Shown here one piece after another: positions 1 through 14,199 of a stretch of DNA of 64,000 bases. The notes under the pieces were generated by a model. It was given only the letters and a program-made list of their open reading frames with translations. It did no database searches and was not told where the DNA came from. Numbering within the stretch: position 1 is the stretch's first letter; every line of letters starts with the position of its first letter. The DNA is taken from NCBI RefSeq assembly GCF_009914755.1, contig NC_060942.1; one strand, given 5' to 3'. The DNA comes from the human T2T-CHM13v2.0 reference genome, Homo sapiens. A program made the position numbers and the translations under genes.

Positions 1-229
1 GATAAAAATATATAAAACAATAAATGACTTAATCTACATGTGAGTATGAGTACATGCATAATAGAGATATCCTTTAAAATAAAATAAATGTGAAATATGT
101 GGATAATGAGGAATATAATTAACTAAACTCTCTGCATCTGTGGAGCAAACAAGAAAACAAGGGAAAAATATTAAAGAGAGAGAAGGGGGGGAAATAAATT
201 TTAGGAAAGTGTATAGAGGAACTTATTTT

Positions 230-420
230 ACCAAGTAGGGAGAAATTTAGCAATACCAAATGCCATGAAAAGTCAAAGATAAGAATTAACAAGCGACTAT
301 TTGTTTTGCCTATTAAAAAGTCACTATTGCAATCCTACATTTCTGTAATTGTAGGTATTATGAAAGCATGAGCTGAGTTAGAAGGGAAATTTGAAAGCAG
401 TTTGTCAGGGAACTGTGTAA
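230..420 (-). mobile_element. L2 LINE fragment (ancient)
   Basis: Degenerate match to the L2 reverse complement (ccaaatgccatgaaaagtcaaagataag...ctatttgttttgcc...gtcactattg). Confidence 0.45.
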
Positions 421-1779
421 TTGCATCTATTTTTCCCTGCTAACCTTTTGCAAGAGAGAAGAGGATTTGACAGCATTACTTGTATGTCTAAGCTTGGAAA
501 AAGATTCTTTTCACTGCTTTTGTGGTGACTTCACCTTAGAGGTGTTGACCAACTTATAAGGTGCTGTGGAAAGTGCCTTTGGCATTCAACAAAAATTGTC
601 AGATCACTTTCAGTCTACACTTTGAGAGATTATGGCTGTCTCATTCCAGAACACATAATAGTTACACCCAGGTAAGCTTTTATTTCCCTGCTATGATTTC
701 TATTTTCTAAGCCCATTGGAATAGTCTTTGTTAGCTCAGTACAGGAGTGGGTACCTAGCAGATATGAGTTGGCTTCAGTTCCATAGTATTCTCCAGGTGC
801 ACTCTGTGTCCTTGGCAAAATATTGGAGGACATAGGCTTTTGCTCAGCAATGCATGTAGCTTTCTTCTTCTGATTTCATGCTTGCCTAAAAGAATTGAAT
901 TTGTGGCAATCCAAAGTGTTGCTCTGTAGTTTATCACCAGATCGCTACGATCCAAATTTTTGATGGCTGTATTATTCTTCAGTTTCTATGACCTGAGAGC
1001 TTCCTGATATGACACATAGTTTTCTCTCCTTCTGATGATTATTTTATGGGAAAGATGTCGAGGGGTTTTTGATAAGGAAGGAGAATATTATTTTTTCAGA
1101 AAGGGCATTTTTAGCTCTAAATTCCCAACAGGAAAAAATGAATAAGAGAAAAGAATGATAAGAAAATAATACAGAAATTAAATGAGATAATTTTTTCAAT
1201 CAGAATTGAAATGAGGAAAAATTTTAAAAATTATATAATGAAAGTAGATATAATATGTGAGTAAGTTGGGAGATAAATGTATTTAATTCTTACCTTCAAT
1301 TCACTTCCATCTCACACAAGATTTTCCCAAGATGGATTATGTTTTATGTAAATTATTTTGAGTTGACAATAAAACACAGTTTTTCTAAAATTGTCCCATA
1401 GAACAATAGTTCTAAGAGGTGCTGCTTAAAATATGAAGAGAAAATATTGCCTTGTAGGCTCCCTATGCAAATTAATATATTGGCAGCTCTGGGAAGAACT
1501 GACTATAAGGAACTTGTTTAATGATTTAACATAATTTTTCAAACTTATTTGAACATAGAACTTTTAAACAATAATATCTATCAATATACAACTAACATTT
1601 TTTAGACTATGCTGTGGTAAATATGTCAAAGGTATTTGCAAGTCAAAAATTTAAAACTTGATGAGTACAGCTCCTGACAGATAACATTCACTCAGTAAAT
1701 CTGTATAATTTAAAGCCAATAAATGTACATTATTTCAGTTGATTATCTAAATTATGCCTTGAGATAATCATGATACTTG

Positions 1780-1880
1780 TCATGATCCCTTTTAAACAGA
1801 AGAGGAAATAAAGCTCAATAGATAAACAAATTCCCAAGGTCACACATTTAGTTGATTGAGGGAAGTGAGAATTCAGGGAA
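1780..1880 (-). mobile_element. MIR fragment
   Basis: MIR core in reverse orientation: acagaagaggaaataaagctc...ttcccaaggtcacaca. Confidence 0.6.
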
Positions 1881-2417
1881 ACTTTTTATTTAATTAGTAT
1901 TTTTTCCACTTGTCTCAATTTACTGGGCAAATATCTAATTTATTTAGTGCTATAGATTGCCACACTGTGTAATTCATCCCCTCCAATAATTTCTAAAACC
2001 AAATGCTATGATGTAACATACAAATAAAATAATCATACAAATAAAATAATGATCAAATTTTTGCTCAAGTTTCTAGTGCACAGCCCAGGTATCAGAAAGA
2101 ACTTGAGAGATAAGATAAATATCTTTAGAAAAGAGGCAAAAATTAATTTTAATCATTGTTGCTTTTTTACCTTAGGCTTTTAACAGAAGCCAAATACTGG
2201 GATCATGGCATTCATTTTGTCATGAGCCACAATGAAGCCAGAATATACCATTTTAGACTGAGCAGTGAAAATGACACTTTGAATTCTTTCAAATATGAAT
2301 AAATATTATAATATATTCTAAAATTCCCACCAGCATACAATGACCTATAAATTGACATAAATTCTATAAAATTCTACAGTCTTTCAGGTTTCTAAACCCT
2401 GAAGCGACTGCACTCAC

Positions 2418-2780
2418 TAGAAACGAGCTCTAGCCCATAAGATTAGCAAATAGTTATGTGGAGAGCAGCAGGAGCCATCTGCTCAGACACGCACACACAC
2501 AGGGACAGTGCTGAAGGAGCAAGTGCCAAGGAAGGGAGGCACTTCCTGCACATCCTGCTGGAAAGCACATGCTTGTCTCTGGCATTAGGAATATTTGATC
2601 AGCATAGACCTATTAGAAACAATTTAAATCTATATTTATCTTCATTAATATATCCCAGAAGACTTCAATATTCCAATAAATGTTCACTCCTCGTTAGGAT
2701 CTTCAGTTCATTATGCAGAAGAATCAACATTATGGTCTAATGTTATTCACGGGATATGTCTGAGATTTTCACTTCCTGAC
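2418..2780 (-). promoter_or_regulatory. Candidate internal promoter/enhancer with a possible non-coding first exon
   Basis: Locally GC-richer unique sequence. Minus-strand motifs are ETS CAGGAAGTG (2540-2548), ETS-IRF composite CAGGAAGTGAAA (2767-2778) and a splice donor CTA|gtgagt at 2418/2417. Confidence 0.35.
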
Positions 2781-3189
2781 TTTTTAATATTAAATTAAAA
2801 TAGGGCAAAGTAGCATTCATTTCTTAATATTAAAACTATAATTCTTGCCAAACAAAACAGAACCTACAACAGTTTATTGCCATACTATTTTATAAACTTC
2901 AAAGAATATAGTATAATGCATATACCTAGCAGGCATTTAATAACTACATTATCATTGAATGATCATAGATAGATGATTGCTAATGTCCATTGTTCCCTCC
3001 TTTCATTGTAAGGGTTGTATCCACACTGGAAAAGACCAGTGTGGAAAAAACTGTATTTTATAGCCTTTTTGTACCTTGCTGTGTTGAAAGTTTTTTGCCA
3101 ATTTTTACCAATGGAATTTGAGTAAAATTGATGTATGACATTCTTCAATTTTACCCTTAAAATAATTGGCCATATAGCCCCCACTGGCC

Positions 3190-3385
3190 CTTTCTTCCCC
3201 TTCCTGTAGCTGAGACAGAGGAAACTTGGACCTGACGTGGAGGCTACATGCTGAGGATGGTGAATCTGCCTCTTTGGCCTTGGCCCATTTCCCTCTGAAC
3301 TGCAATTTGAGAGAGAAATAACCTAACTTTTTTAGTCACTTTATTCTGGGATCTCTTGTTACAGCAGTTTCGCCTAACTAGTATG
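3190..3385 (+). mobile_element. MLT1 (MaLR) LTR 3' fragment, MLT1J/K/L-like
   Basis: Typical MLT1 3' end: gagagagaaataac...ttagtcactttattctgggatctcttgttacagcag. Confidence 0.6.
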
Positions 3386-3584
3386 GTGTATGAATGATAT
3401 AGAAACACATTCATGAAAGGAATTAAATGTAAGTCTTTCTCCAAAATGAAATGCCAACGATAGCTGGAACAAGGATAAAATAATGAATGATAATATAATG
3501 CTTCAGAAAGTAATTCTATTTTATACTTTAAGAAGAATTTATTTTCAATACTTTAGTATTTAGTGGCAAGATACAACAGCCTGT

Positions 3585-3700
3585 TTTTTCACTCATCACC
3601 TGTGTAACTCTGAACCCCATTTAAATTATCTGTACCTGAAGTACTACATCTGTTAAATGGGTATAACATCACATAATGTTTATTTGAGGACTAAATGAAT
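3585..3700 (+). mobile_element. MIR fragment
   Basis: ctgtgtaactctg...catctgttaaatgggtataa...tgaggactaaatga resembles the MIR core. Confidence 0.55.
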
Positions 3701-5076
3701 ATCTGGAGGTGGCAGTAGGTAGATCTTAGTAGCTTCGCCTTACATAGAAGGAAATTGGAGTTCAGAGATTCTCTGGGATCCTCAGTAGCAATCAGTAGTG
3801 ACTGGGTTAGCCCTTTCTAATGTATTATATTAAGGACTTTACTTTCTCTCATCCTGGGATGTCTAGAACTCTAGGGATCCATGCACATATTCTCAAAAAT
3901 ATGTAAATTTTTAAAGGGGCTCAATTATTATTCAAGTTTGAAAAGACATTTTTCTAAGTAAGCTTACTGGTTGAAGAAATGGTGTTTTATTTATCTTCGT
4001 GCCTACCATTGTGTTTAATGAATGTTACGATATGTATATAGTTGAATTAATGGCTAAAAATATATTACATTAAATATGTCACCTTTAGAAACCGACGGTA
4101 AGCTAATACATTGAATTATTTTACCCTGTGGATATTTTATAATGTTTTTGAGAAGGGGTTTGATTGTTAATTAAAAATAAGATGTTAGTATTGCTGTCTC
4201 ATAGGCAGATAGTCTGGATTAACTAGAGGTGAATGAAGAGTCTGGATAAATTGGATAATTTAGCTCCATCTTCAATGGATTTTGCTATTTTATTTTGACA
4301 TGTGCATAAGTCACTCAGTGACTCACTTAACAATTCTTTAAATAAATATTCAATCTGAAGCATATGGAGATCAGTTTTAAGCTATAGGGCAGAGGATTAA
4401 AAGATTACTGTTTTAGAATTTCTTGTGATTATATTGAATTTTAATAGTTCATTTAACTCAGTATAATTTGTTTTTTAGATTACTAGATAATGGTTTTGAG
4501 GATAAGGCAGTATTTTACTCTCTTTTGTATCATTTGCATAATGGCTGGTAAATGGAGAAATGAATAAATGAATGAATGAATCAAAGAAGGATATTCCATT
4601 AAAATATTCCTTCCTTGTGTTATTGTGTACATCTTCCAAAGATGCATATGTCATAGGAACATACTCCCTTTTTTTCCTCACCCCACACTTTCCTATTAAG
4701 CTGAAGCCCTATGAAATAGTTCTTATGAAATAGTGTTTGGTCTACCATGACTGTATTTGTTCCAGAGTCAGAGACCTACATTCTCTCCCTGCTGAGGGGA
4801 TAAAATGCCTTCCTCTCATGCACTGATATGTACACTAGGTCCCCTTCCCTAACTACAAGAATTGAATATAATATGGACATTGTGTGCTGATAATTGGTTA
4901 AGGAGTCTAATTGTCTGAACTAGGAACAGGAAATCTCACAATCTTGCTACACATTCCTTACTCACAAAGAAAAGTCAAAGCAAAAATTAAAATAATGGAA
5001 CTGCTTCCTAAATAAAATACTTAAAACAATTTAAAATAACCTCAAAATATAGAAAGACTTTTATACACAAGCTTAC

Positions 5077-5122
5077 TCTTTTTGTACTGTTATTTCTTGC
5101 TCTTTTAATTTCAGTTGGCAAC
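5077..5122 (-). CDS. Candidate 46-nt internal exon of the unidentified minus-strand gene
   Basis: ttccttcacatctttgacag|GTTGCC...CAAAAAGA|gtaagc. Open in phase 1 after the 41-nt exon (C-CQLKLKEQEITVQK) and also in phase 2 (LPTEIKRARNNSTKR). Confidence 0.3.
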
Positions 5123-5959
5123 CTGTCAAAGATGTGAAGGAATTCCTGTTTTTCTGAAATTTTCAAAAATCTCTGTTTAAATGCATTTTACTAAAATGTT
5201 AAGGTTAAAAAAGACAGATTTGCACCACTGGATGCTGAATAAATGCTATTTAGACATTATTTAAGGCAATAAATTAAAAATACATTTCTCTATACTGGTT
5301 GGAAACAAAGGACACTCATGAAGTCTGCAGATATGTGTTCAGAATGTGTTTTCATTTTCCTCTTTTAAGTGAGGTAGACTTAATTGGAATACTCAACTAT
5401 ATACAATACTAAGCAATTCTATATTATTTAGTGTATGTAATTCTATATTATTTCGTAAGGAATTTCTCCTGATACAATGTGCCAGATAAGCAAAGAGGTT
5501 TTAAATGTTCAGAACACTAACCAGTATCTTATTTTGGATAAAATATCAGGAGGATTTGAAGGCTAGATGAAGCCACCTAAGTTTAAAAATTCTAAAGCTA
5601 CCAATTCAGGCCTTTTGTTTAAAGGCTATTCTAAATCACTGAAGTGTCAAAGTTTACCTGAAAGTTTATGTGTTTTTGCTTTCTAAGGTTCTTTTTTCTT
5701 TCAGACCTTGACAGATGGAAATGTTCTCTAGGTTTCAAGTGGAGTTTTCTATTTATAACCTAGAGAATATAATGGTTAGAAAAATGTTTAAACTCTTTAA
5801 ATGTATTTAGAATTTTACGTACTAGTTTTTAAGAATATATTGCTTATATTTTTCAAATTTTAATTCTAATTGTAAAGGTACTTAAGCTATTGAATTAATG
5901 GTTTTAATCAGTGCTTATCTGACAGTAAGACTATTTGAGTAAAAAAGATCACATTTGTA

Positions 5960-8932
5960 AAGAGAGAAGACTCAAATAAATAAAATCATAGATGAAAAAG
6001 GAGACCTAACAACTGATACCACAGAAATGCAAAGGATCATTAAGAGACTACTGTGAACAGCCATACACCAATACATTTGAGAAAATAGAAGAAATAAATA
6101 AAGTCTGGATACATACAACCTATCGATATTAAATTATGAAGAAATAGAACATCGGAACAGACCAATAATCATAAGAAATTAAATTAGTAATAAAATGTCT
6201 TTCATCAAAGAAGCCTAGGACCTGATGGCTTCACTGCTGAATTCTATCAAACATTAAAGAACTAATATTGATAGTCTTCAAATTATTACAGAAAACTAAA
6301 GAGGAGGGGGTGCTTCCAAACTCAGTTTATGAGACCAACATTCCCCTGGTTTCAAAACCAGACAAGGATACAATAATTAAAATAAAATTACAGGCTAATA
6401 TCCTTGATGAATATAGATGAAAAATTCTAAACAATATATTAACAAACTGAATTCAACAGCACATTAAAAAGATGATTCCCCATGATAAAGTGTGATTCCT
6501 CTCAGGAATACAAGGATGGCTTAACATATACAAATCAATAAATGTGATACATCACAGAAAGACAAAAACCATATGAACATTTCAATAGACACAGAAAATC
6601 ATTTAACAAAATTCAATATCCATTCATGATATAAACTCTCAATAAGTTAGGTATAGAAAGTACATATCAATACAAAAAAAGTGATATATAACAAACCTAC
6701 AGCTAATGTCATACTGAGTGAGGAAAACTTAAAGCTTTTCCTTCAAAAACTAGAATGAGAAAAGGATACCCACCTTTCCTACTCCTACTCAACACAATAC
6801 TGCAAGTGATAGCCAGAGCAATTAGGCAAGAAAAAATATAAAAGGCATTTAAATTTGAAAGGAGGAAGTCAAATTGTCCCAGTTTGTAGATAACATGATT
6901 TTATATATAGAATCCTAAAGATCCAACAAAAACTCTTTGAATTAATAAGCAAATTCAATAAAGTTGCAGAATACAAACTCAACATATAAAAATCAGCAGT
7001 GTTTTCATACACTAATAGTGAAATATTTGAAAATGAAACTGAGAAAGCAATTTTGTTTATAATAGCTAAAAAAAACTGATACCTGGGAATAAATTTAACC
7101 AAGAAAGCAAAAGATCTATATACTGGAAACTATAAAACATTGTCTAAAACACTTGAAGAAGACATAAATGAATGGAAAGATATCTCATGTTCATGGATTA
7201 GAGAATTAATATTGTTTAAATGGCCATACTACTGAAAGTAATCTACAGATTTAATATAATTTCTGTCAAAATACCAATAACATTATTCACAGAAATAGAA
7301 AAAAAAATCCTAAAATTCATATGGAACAAGAAAAGACTGAATAACCAAATCAAATCTGAGCAAAAAGAACAAAACTAGAAACATCTCACCACCTGGCTTC
7401 AAAATACACTCCAAAGCTTTAGTAACTTGAACAGTATGATCATAGTACTGGCATAAAAACAGACACATAGACCAATGAAACAGAAGAGAGAGTTCAGAAA
7501 TAAATTCATGCACCTACAGCCAACTGATTTTCAACACAGGTTTCAAGAACACACACTGGAGAAAGGACAGTCTCATTGATAAGTGGTGATGGGAAAGATG
7601 AATATTCACATGCAGAAGAATGAGGCTAGATCCGTATTTCTCACCATATACAAAAATCAACTCAAAATGAATTAAAGACTTAAATGTAAAATCCAAACTG
7701 CAAAACTATTAGAAGAAAACATAGGAGAAATGCTTTACAATATTGGGTTGGTCAAAGATTTTTAAAATTAGATCTCAAAAGCACAGTCAACAATATACCA
7801 AAAATAGACAAATTAATTACATCAAGCTAAAAAGCTTCTGCACAGCAGAGGAAAGAATTAACAGAGTAAAGAAACAACCTACAGAATAGAAGGGAATATT
7901 TGTAAACTATACATCTGATAAAGGGATAATATCCAGAATATATAAGGAAATTAACAGCAAAAAAAAAAAACAAACCTGATTTTAATATTGGCAAAATAAT
8001 AGACATTTCTCAAAAGAAGACATAGAAATGGCCAGCAGGTACATGAAAAAATGACCAATATAACTGATCATCAGGAAAATGTAAGCCAAAACCACAATGA
8101 GATATCACCTCAGTCAATTGGAATGGCTTTATCAAAAAAAAAAAAAAAAGAAAAAAGAAAACAAGCATTGGTGAGGATGTGGAACACTTACACACTATTG
8201 GTGGGATTGTAAATTAGTACAGCCATGATGGAAAACAGTATGGGAAACAGAACTACCTTATGATGTAGCAATCCCACTACCATGTGTGTATCCAAAGGAA
8301 ATGAAATGAGTATGTTAAAGAGATAACTACACTTTCATGTTTATTGAAGTACTGTTTATAATAGCCAAGATACAGAATCAACCCAAGTGTCGAACAATGG
8401 ATGAATGGGTAAAGAAAATGTGGTATATATACACGATGGAATACTATTCACCCATAAAAGAGGTTCATCATTTGTGAGAACATGGATGAACTTGGAAGAC
8501 ATTACTGTTAAGTGAAATAAGCTAGACTCAGAAAGACAAATACTGCATGATCACACTCATATGTGGAATCTAAAAACAAACAAAAAAAGAGGTGATACAG
8601 AAGCAAAGAATAGAACAGTGATTACCAGAGACTGGGGAGGGGAAGGGAAATGGGAGGGTGGGGAAAAGTTGGTCAATGGGTACAAAGTTACAATTAGGAG
8701 TAAAAAGTTTAGGTACTTTATTGCACAGGAGGGTGAGGATAGTTAACAGGAAGTTACTGTATTCTACAAAATAGCTAGAAGAGTGGCTTTTGAATGTTTT
8801 TGACACAAAGAAATGATAAATGCATGAGATGATAGATATGATAAATACCCTGATTTGATCATTGTGCTATATATATGTGCTGAAACATCAAATTGTGCCC
8901 CTTAAATATGTACTACATGTCAATTAAAAAAA
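5960..8932 (+). mobile_element. 5'-truncated L1 (L1MA-type) with disrupted ORF2 3' part and 3'UTR
   Basis: Continuous L1 ORF2 homology, an L1MA-type 3'UTR and an A-tail. TSD aagatcacatttgta (5945-5959) / aagaccacatttgta (8938-8952). Confidence 0.93.
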
Positions 8933-9029
8933 TGTTGAAGACCACATTTGTATACCTTGGGTGATATGTTTATAATAATCATGTTTAGAGAAGTTTTAAG
9001 ATGAGTCTTGATTTTAAAAGTACATTCTG

Positions 9030-9353
9030 GGCTGAGTGCGGTGGCTCACGCCTGTAATCTCAACACTTTGGGAGGCCAACGGGGGACGGATTACCTGAGG
9101 TCAGGAATTCGAGACCAGCCTGGCCAACAGGACAAAATCCTGTCTCTATTAAAATACAAAAATTAGCCAGGCATTTTGGTGCATGCCTGTAGTCCAACTA
9201 CTCGGGAGGCTGAAGAAGGAGAATCGTTTAAACCTGGGAGGCAGAGATTGTAGTGAGCGGACATCACCCCACTGCAGACTAGCCTGCATGACAGAGTGAG
9301 ATTCCATCTCAAAAATAAAATATAAATAAAATAAAATAAAATAAAATAAAAAT
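9030..9353 (+). mobile_element. AluS (Sx/Sz-like)
   Basis: Full dimeric Alu with a (TAAAA)n tail. TSD aaaa(g/a)tacattctg at 9016-9029 and 9354-9367. Confidence 0.96.
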
Positions 9354-10909
9354 AAAAATACATTCTGACTTAGAATTCCAAAGCAGGACTAGTGTGCCTA
9401 GTATTACTTCTCTCAATTTTCTCATTTGAAGGAAATCTAGCAGGACGATCCCAGCTGACAAAATCAGCAGTCATTCTTTCTTTCTAGTGGAAAATCTGCA
9501 AATTGCAAGCATTCATCTCAGGAGGAATTAGCAAGGTTCCCAAGGAGGGTTGACCTTGTAAACTGAAAGCCAAAATAACAAGCAAATGTCACAAGTATTA
9601 AACAAACAACAAAAATCTCCTGAATATCTGAATTTTCCCACTTATGATTTGATGTCATTGAAAATTTGGCAATGATTATTATTATTACAAAATGTGCTAA
9701 TGATTCTTAATAGCAGAACAAATGTTTATCAGTACCAGAGAAGTGCACTATCCCCATGATCATCAATTACATTGTAAATGACTCAATGTAATTAGTTTCC
9801 ACGGCATGTCTACAAAGCCTAGCAAGTAGAGAAGATTCTAGAGTTATACAAAGATTAGATCCTCTATTTGCTCTATGATTTTTGCTTCTGTGTTTATATT
9901 CCATTCTTCTTGGCATACATATGAGAAAATGAACTCTCAGATACAGGTGTTGTGCTTTCCCAGATAAATTGTTTTGATGAACTCTACTTTATCAGGTCAC
10001 AGTGGTTTTGGTTACTGCTTATGTTTTCCAGATTGCCTAATCATATAGCCAGACTAATACAGCTGTGTTAGGTCAGTTGATTTGGTTACTAAAGAAAATT
10101 TTACAATATAGGAAGGCATTTCATATACATCAATAATAGTTACAAAAAAAAAAAGCTTGCAACCTCACAAAAAAAGCTTTTATTTAGGAAAAAGAAAGTC
10201 AGTCCTTTCTTATCAACCACCAACCATGCACTATAATTTAAAACAGATTTTTAGCACAGTGTTTCTTTGCTGCTCAATGACTGGTTTAAAATTTTCCTCA
10301 GCCTGTGGACCAACGACTCTTGATTAGTTGTGTCAGATGAGTCCCCTTAGAAACACTGCACAGTTGCACTTCAGTGCTTCCATTTTGACATATCCTGTTA
10401 AGGGTTACACAAAGTCGTCTGAAGAGGTTAATAATGAAGGAGGATAAGGAAGAGGAGAGGAAAATGGCTTTGCAAGAAGCCTGAGAATTTAATAAAGAAA
10501 CAGTAGTGTAATGTGGTGGGTCTGATCTTTTGAATGGGGCAACGGCGATAGAATTGGACAGCATTTTTACCAGTTTTGTTGTTATTTTTAATGTATTAAA
10601 TGTCAATTGTGGCTATTTAGGCGACTGGGTGGTAATTCTGCTTATACATTTTCATCAGGAAGTGAGTTACAGGTGAAAAAATTAATCTTATATGACATAT
10701 GTAATCTTATATGTAATCATCAGGGGTTTTTCCTCAGTTAAAGAGAAATGATATTGGAGGAGTAATTGTACTCAAGAACTACTGTTCTGAAAGCATCTTT
10801 TGCTAGGCTGCTTTGAAAGCATCATTGCACTAGAACGCTGCACTGTGGCGATTATGCAAGTAAATATTCATTTTACTTCAGCTATGCTCAGGAAGATTTC
10901 AGTATATAA

Positions 10910-11383
<474 letters not shown>

Positions 11384-11829
11384 TAAATTTAAAATTAAAT
11401 AAAGCGGGTGATTCTTTTAGGGACCTAACCAGCATGGTTCATGTGACTGTATAAGTGAGACAATTTGATTTTCGAATGATTTTCCTTAGGTATTTCAACT
11501 AAATATACAAAAAATGCTAATATACTGCAGTTTTACTTACATTGTGTTCATATGCCTCTATTATCAAAGAAAAAATATATATACACTTTTAATGCATAAA
11601 ATAGTCCATGGCCTTGCCACGGCCTTACTAATGATCTGGAAATATGTCTTAGAGCCTAAAGATAAGTACTAACTTATTTGCTGGGCTATCAAATCCTTGG
11701 TGCCTGCCTCCTGTTTGCAATATTTGCAATGACTGCCTCATACACCTTGAACTAGGACCACACTACTCAATTTGCAGATCATCAAACAAGATATGTTTTT
11801 CTAGAGTAACATGACATATTTTGCATTAT

Positions 11830-12110
11830 TCTTTCCTCTCCATTTTTCTGTGTGGGAAGCATCTATTGATTTTTAAGACTCACCTAAAGGAAAGAAAAAA
11901 AAAACAATTTCCTTTCCCCTCCAGGAAGAATAGCTGTTCTCTTTCAGCCCTGGCTGCCCCTGGTGTTTGCCTGTATTCTAGTCATTATTACTACACAGCT
12001 TATATGTTCTAAGCTCTTGGATGGCACATATTTGTCTTGCCTATCTTTTTATTCTTAGGTTTGAATATTACAATGCCTTGTATGTAAAAAGGGGTTAATA
12101 TATTGACTAT
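11830..12110 (+). mobile_element. L2 3' fragment
   Basis: Degenerate L2 3' end (tttaagactcacctaaagg...ttgtcttgcctatc...caatgccttg). Confidence 0.45.
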
Positions 12111-12124
12111 TAAGTGATTAAAAT

Positions 12125-12370
12125 GATAACAACTGTTATAATAACAAAAGTTTATATCACACTCACTAGACGCCAGGAACCTCTCCAAATACTTTAGTAT
12201 TTTAATTCAAAAAGCTGAATCCTTACAACAGCCATATGTGGTATTTTTCAGATGAGAAAACTGATGTACATATAGTAATTAATTTCCCTATGGTCACACT
12301 ACTAGTGAGATGAATCCAGCATTTGAAGCCAGATAGACTGCTTCCAGAAGCCAGATTTGTAACTCTCACC
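12125..12370 (-). mobile_element. MIR
   Basis: ttttcagatgagaaaactga...tggtcacactactagtgaga...atttgaagccagatagactg matches the MIR reverse complement. Confidence 0.75.
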
Positions 12371-12810
12371 AATTCACTTCCTGGCTAAAAACCTTCAATA
12401 TCTCCCTGTCTTTTACAGAATAAACTACCCTCTTATTAGAAGAGCAAAAAAGTCCGCTGCATTTTATGACTCCTACATATATTTTCAGATACTTATCTTT
12501 TGGATCCCCAAAGCCATTCTCATCTTGAAACATTTGTCATTCTAACACACACTGTTTTATCATGCCACTATGTGTATATGTTTTCTCTGCTTGAGAGGCT
12601 ATCCACCCCAACCTCTGCATTTATCTGCCAAAAAAAAAAAAAAACCATTACCATCTTGTGAGAACACTCAACCATTACTGGTTTCTCAGATGACTTTCTA
12701 GATGTTTCTTTCCTGAGATTTACCCTCCTCAGTACCAAAATATATGAAGAAATGCTGGTGGGACAGGGGAAAATTTTAAGAACCACTGTTTATTCATTGT
12801 TGTATGAATA
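12371..12810 (+). mobile_element. L2 fragment
   Basis: aaaaccttcaatatctccc...agaataaactacc and L2-like 3' sequence. Confidence 0.5.
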
Positions 12811-14199
12811 GATGAAAGTAGGAGAATCGGAATTTGGAGAGACAAAGTTGTCACTAAAATGTAATAAACCAAAACAACAAAACAAAGACTTGCTTTGTGC
12901 CAAACTGCAAGTTCCAGTAGATTCCCTTTGTTGCCTTTAGGTTTAATTTATTGGCAATACAAATTTTTACCTATGTTTTTAATATCTGGTCAATGTAGTG
13001 ATTGTGCACACATTCAATTCTATGTGATTGTGGTTTAATACTCATGATGACAGTGATTCAAAAAAAATTCAAACTCAACTCACTAGATGCTTTATCATTA
13101 ACTAAATTTTCTCTGGAAAATTAATTGTAATTAATTTAATTTAAATGTAATGACTTTTGAAATCACACCCAAAGTTGTTTCTACTACATACGGCACATAC
13201 CTCTGAGGTCACAATTCCACTTGGACCCTCTTTGTGCTCACCATGGAGATTCTCCTATAAAACTACATAAAATATTTTTTGGTTCTACTAATGTTCCCCA
13301 TTTCAAGTAAGAAAGAGTAAATGTGAGTTTACTAGAAATAATATTATGCTAAATGAGGAGCAATAGATTAGTTTTCAATTTAAAGTAGAAGAGAGAAAAA
13401 ATTGACCAAATGTTAGTTTTATTATCATCCTGCAAGTAAAAATAATGGTTAATGTATACAACTGATAATTTAAAAAGAGAGGAAACATAACTACATATCA
13501 ATACATATACTTACGTGATACAGTAATTAAAATATTTTATGAGTATTTGGACACAAAGGATGTGATATAGGAAAAGAAAAAAGAAAACCCTTTGAAATAA
13601 AATGAGCATTTTAAAAGTAAAGTTTTTGTATTTTTAAATATCAAAAAAGAAAAAAGCAATAATTTTAGATGTTCTTCTTCTGGAGTAGTATTAGTTCAAG
13701 AAACAAGGTTTCTTTATTGCAAAAATGTGTCAGCAAAAGACCAAGTATGTTTAACTCACAGTCCAAGTGTATCAGTAGGAAAAAAACAATAGGAAGGGAC
13801 TCATTGTACTTTGAATATACAATCACCTGATTACTACTTTGAGAGTTTTTAATATGCTTATTGGCAATTTGGGTTCATTTTTCTGTGAATTACCTTTTTT
13901 ATCTTCCTTTCCTAGTGAGTAGTTTGTCTTTTTTTTGCTTATTGATGCAAATATTTATTCTGGATACTAATTTCTTGCATGTTAATGAGTATATATGTTA
14001 AACTGGTATTGACCTGTAAGTTGGAGTGGAAAATACGCAAGTGCTTGTGAGATTTCAAATATAGGATAATGAGTAACTTTGGAAAGGAAGGAAGTGAGTG
14101 GATTAGGGGATGGTGTAGTATTAACTCTTTAACATTTAATTTGTTAAAATTTTTGCAATAAATCTGGCAAAATGATAAGGCTTGTTTAAACCCACTTAA

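Noticed and set aside
630-990. Overlapping minus-strand ORFs of 66-67 aa with a possible acceptor near 990
   Set aside because: No recognisable protein similarity, weak splice context and a length expected by chance.
11541-11557. 17-nt exon-like segment (gataatag|AGGCATATGAACACAAT|gtaagt)
   Set aside because: Would create a TAG after the 41-nt exon and has no other support; it illustrates the pseudo-exon background in this AT-rich DNA.
13515-13589. 75-nt exon-like segment with donor CAC|gtaagt
   Set aside because: Weak AAG acceptor, T-rich content, and a stop in the frame that would follow the 41-nt exon.
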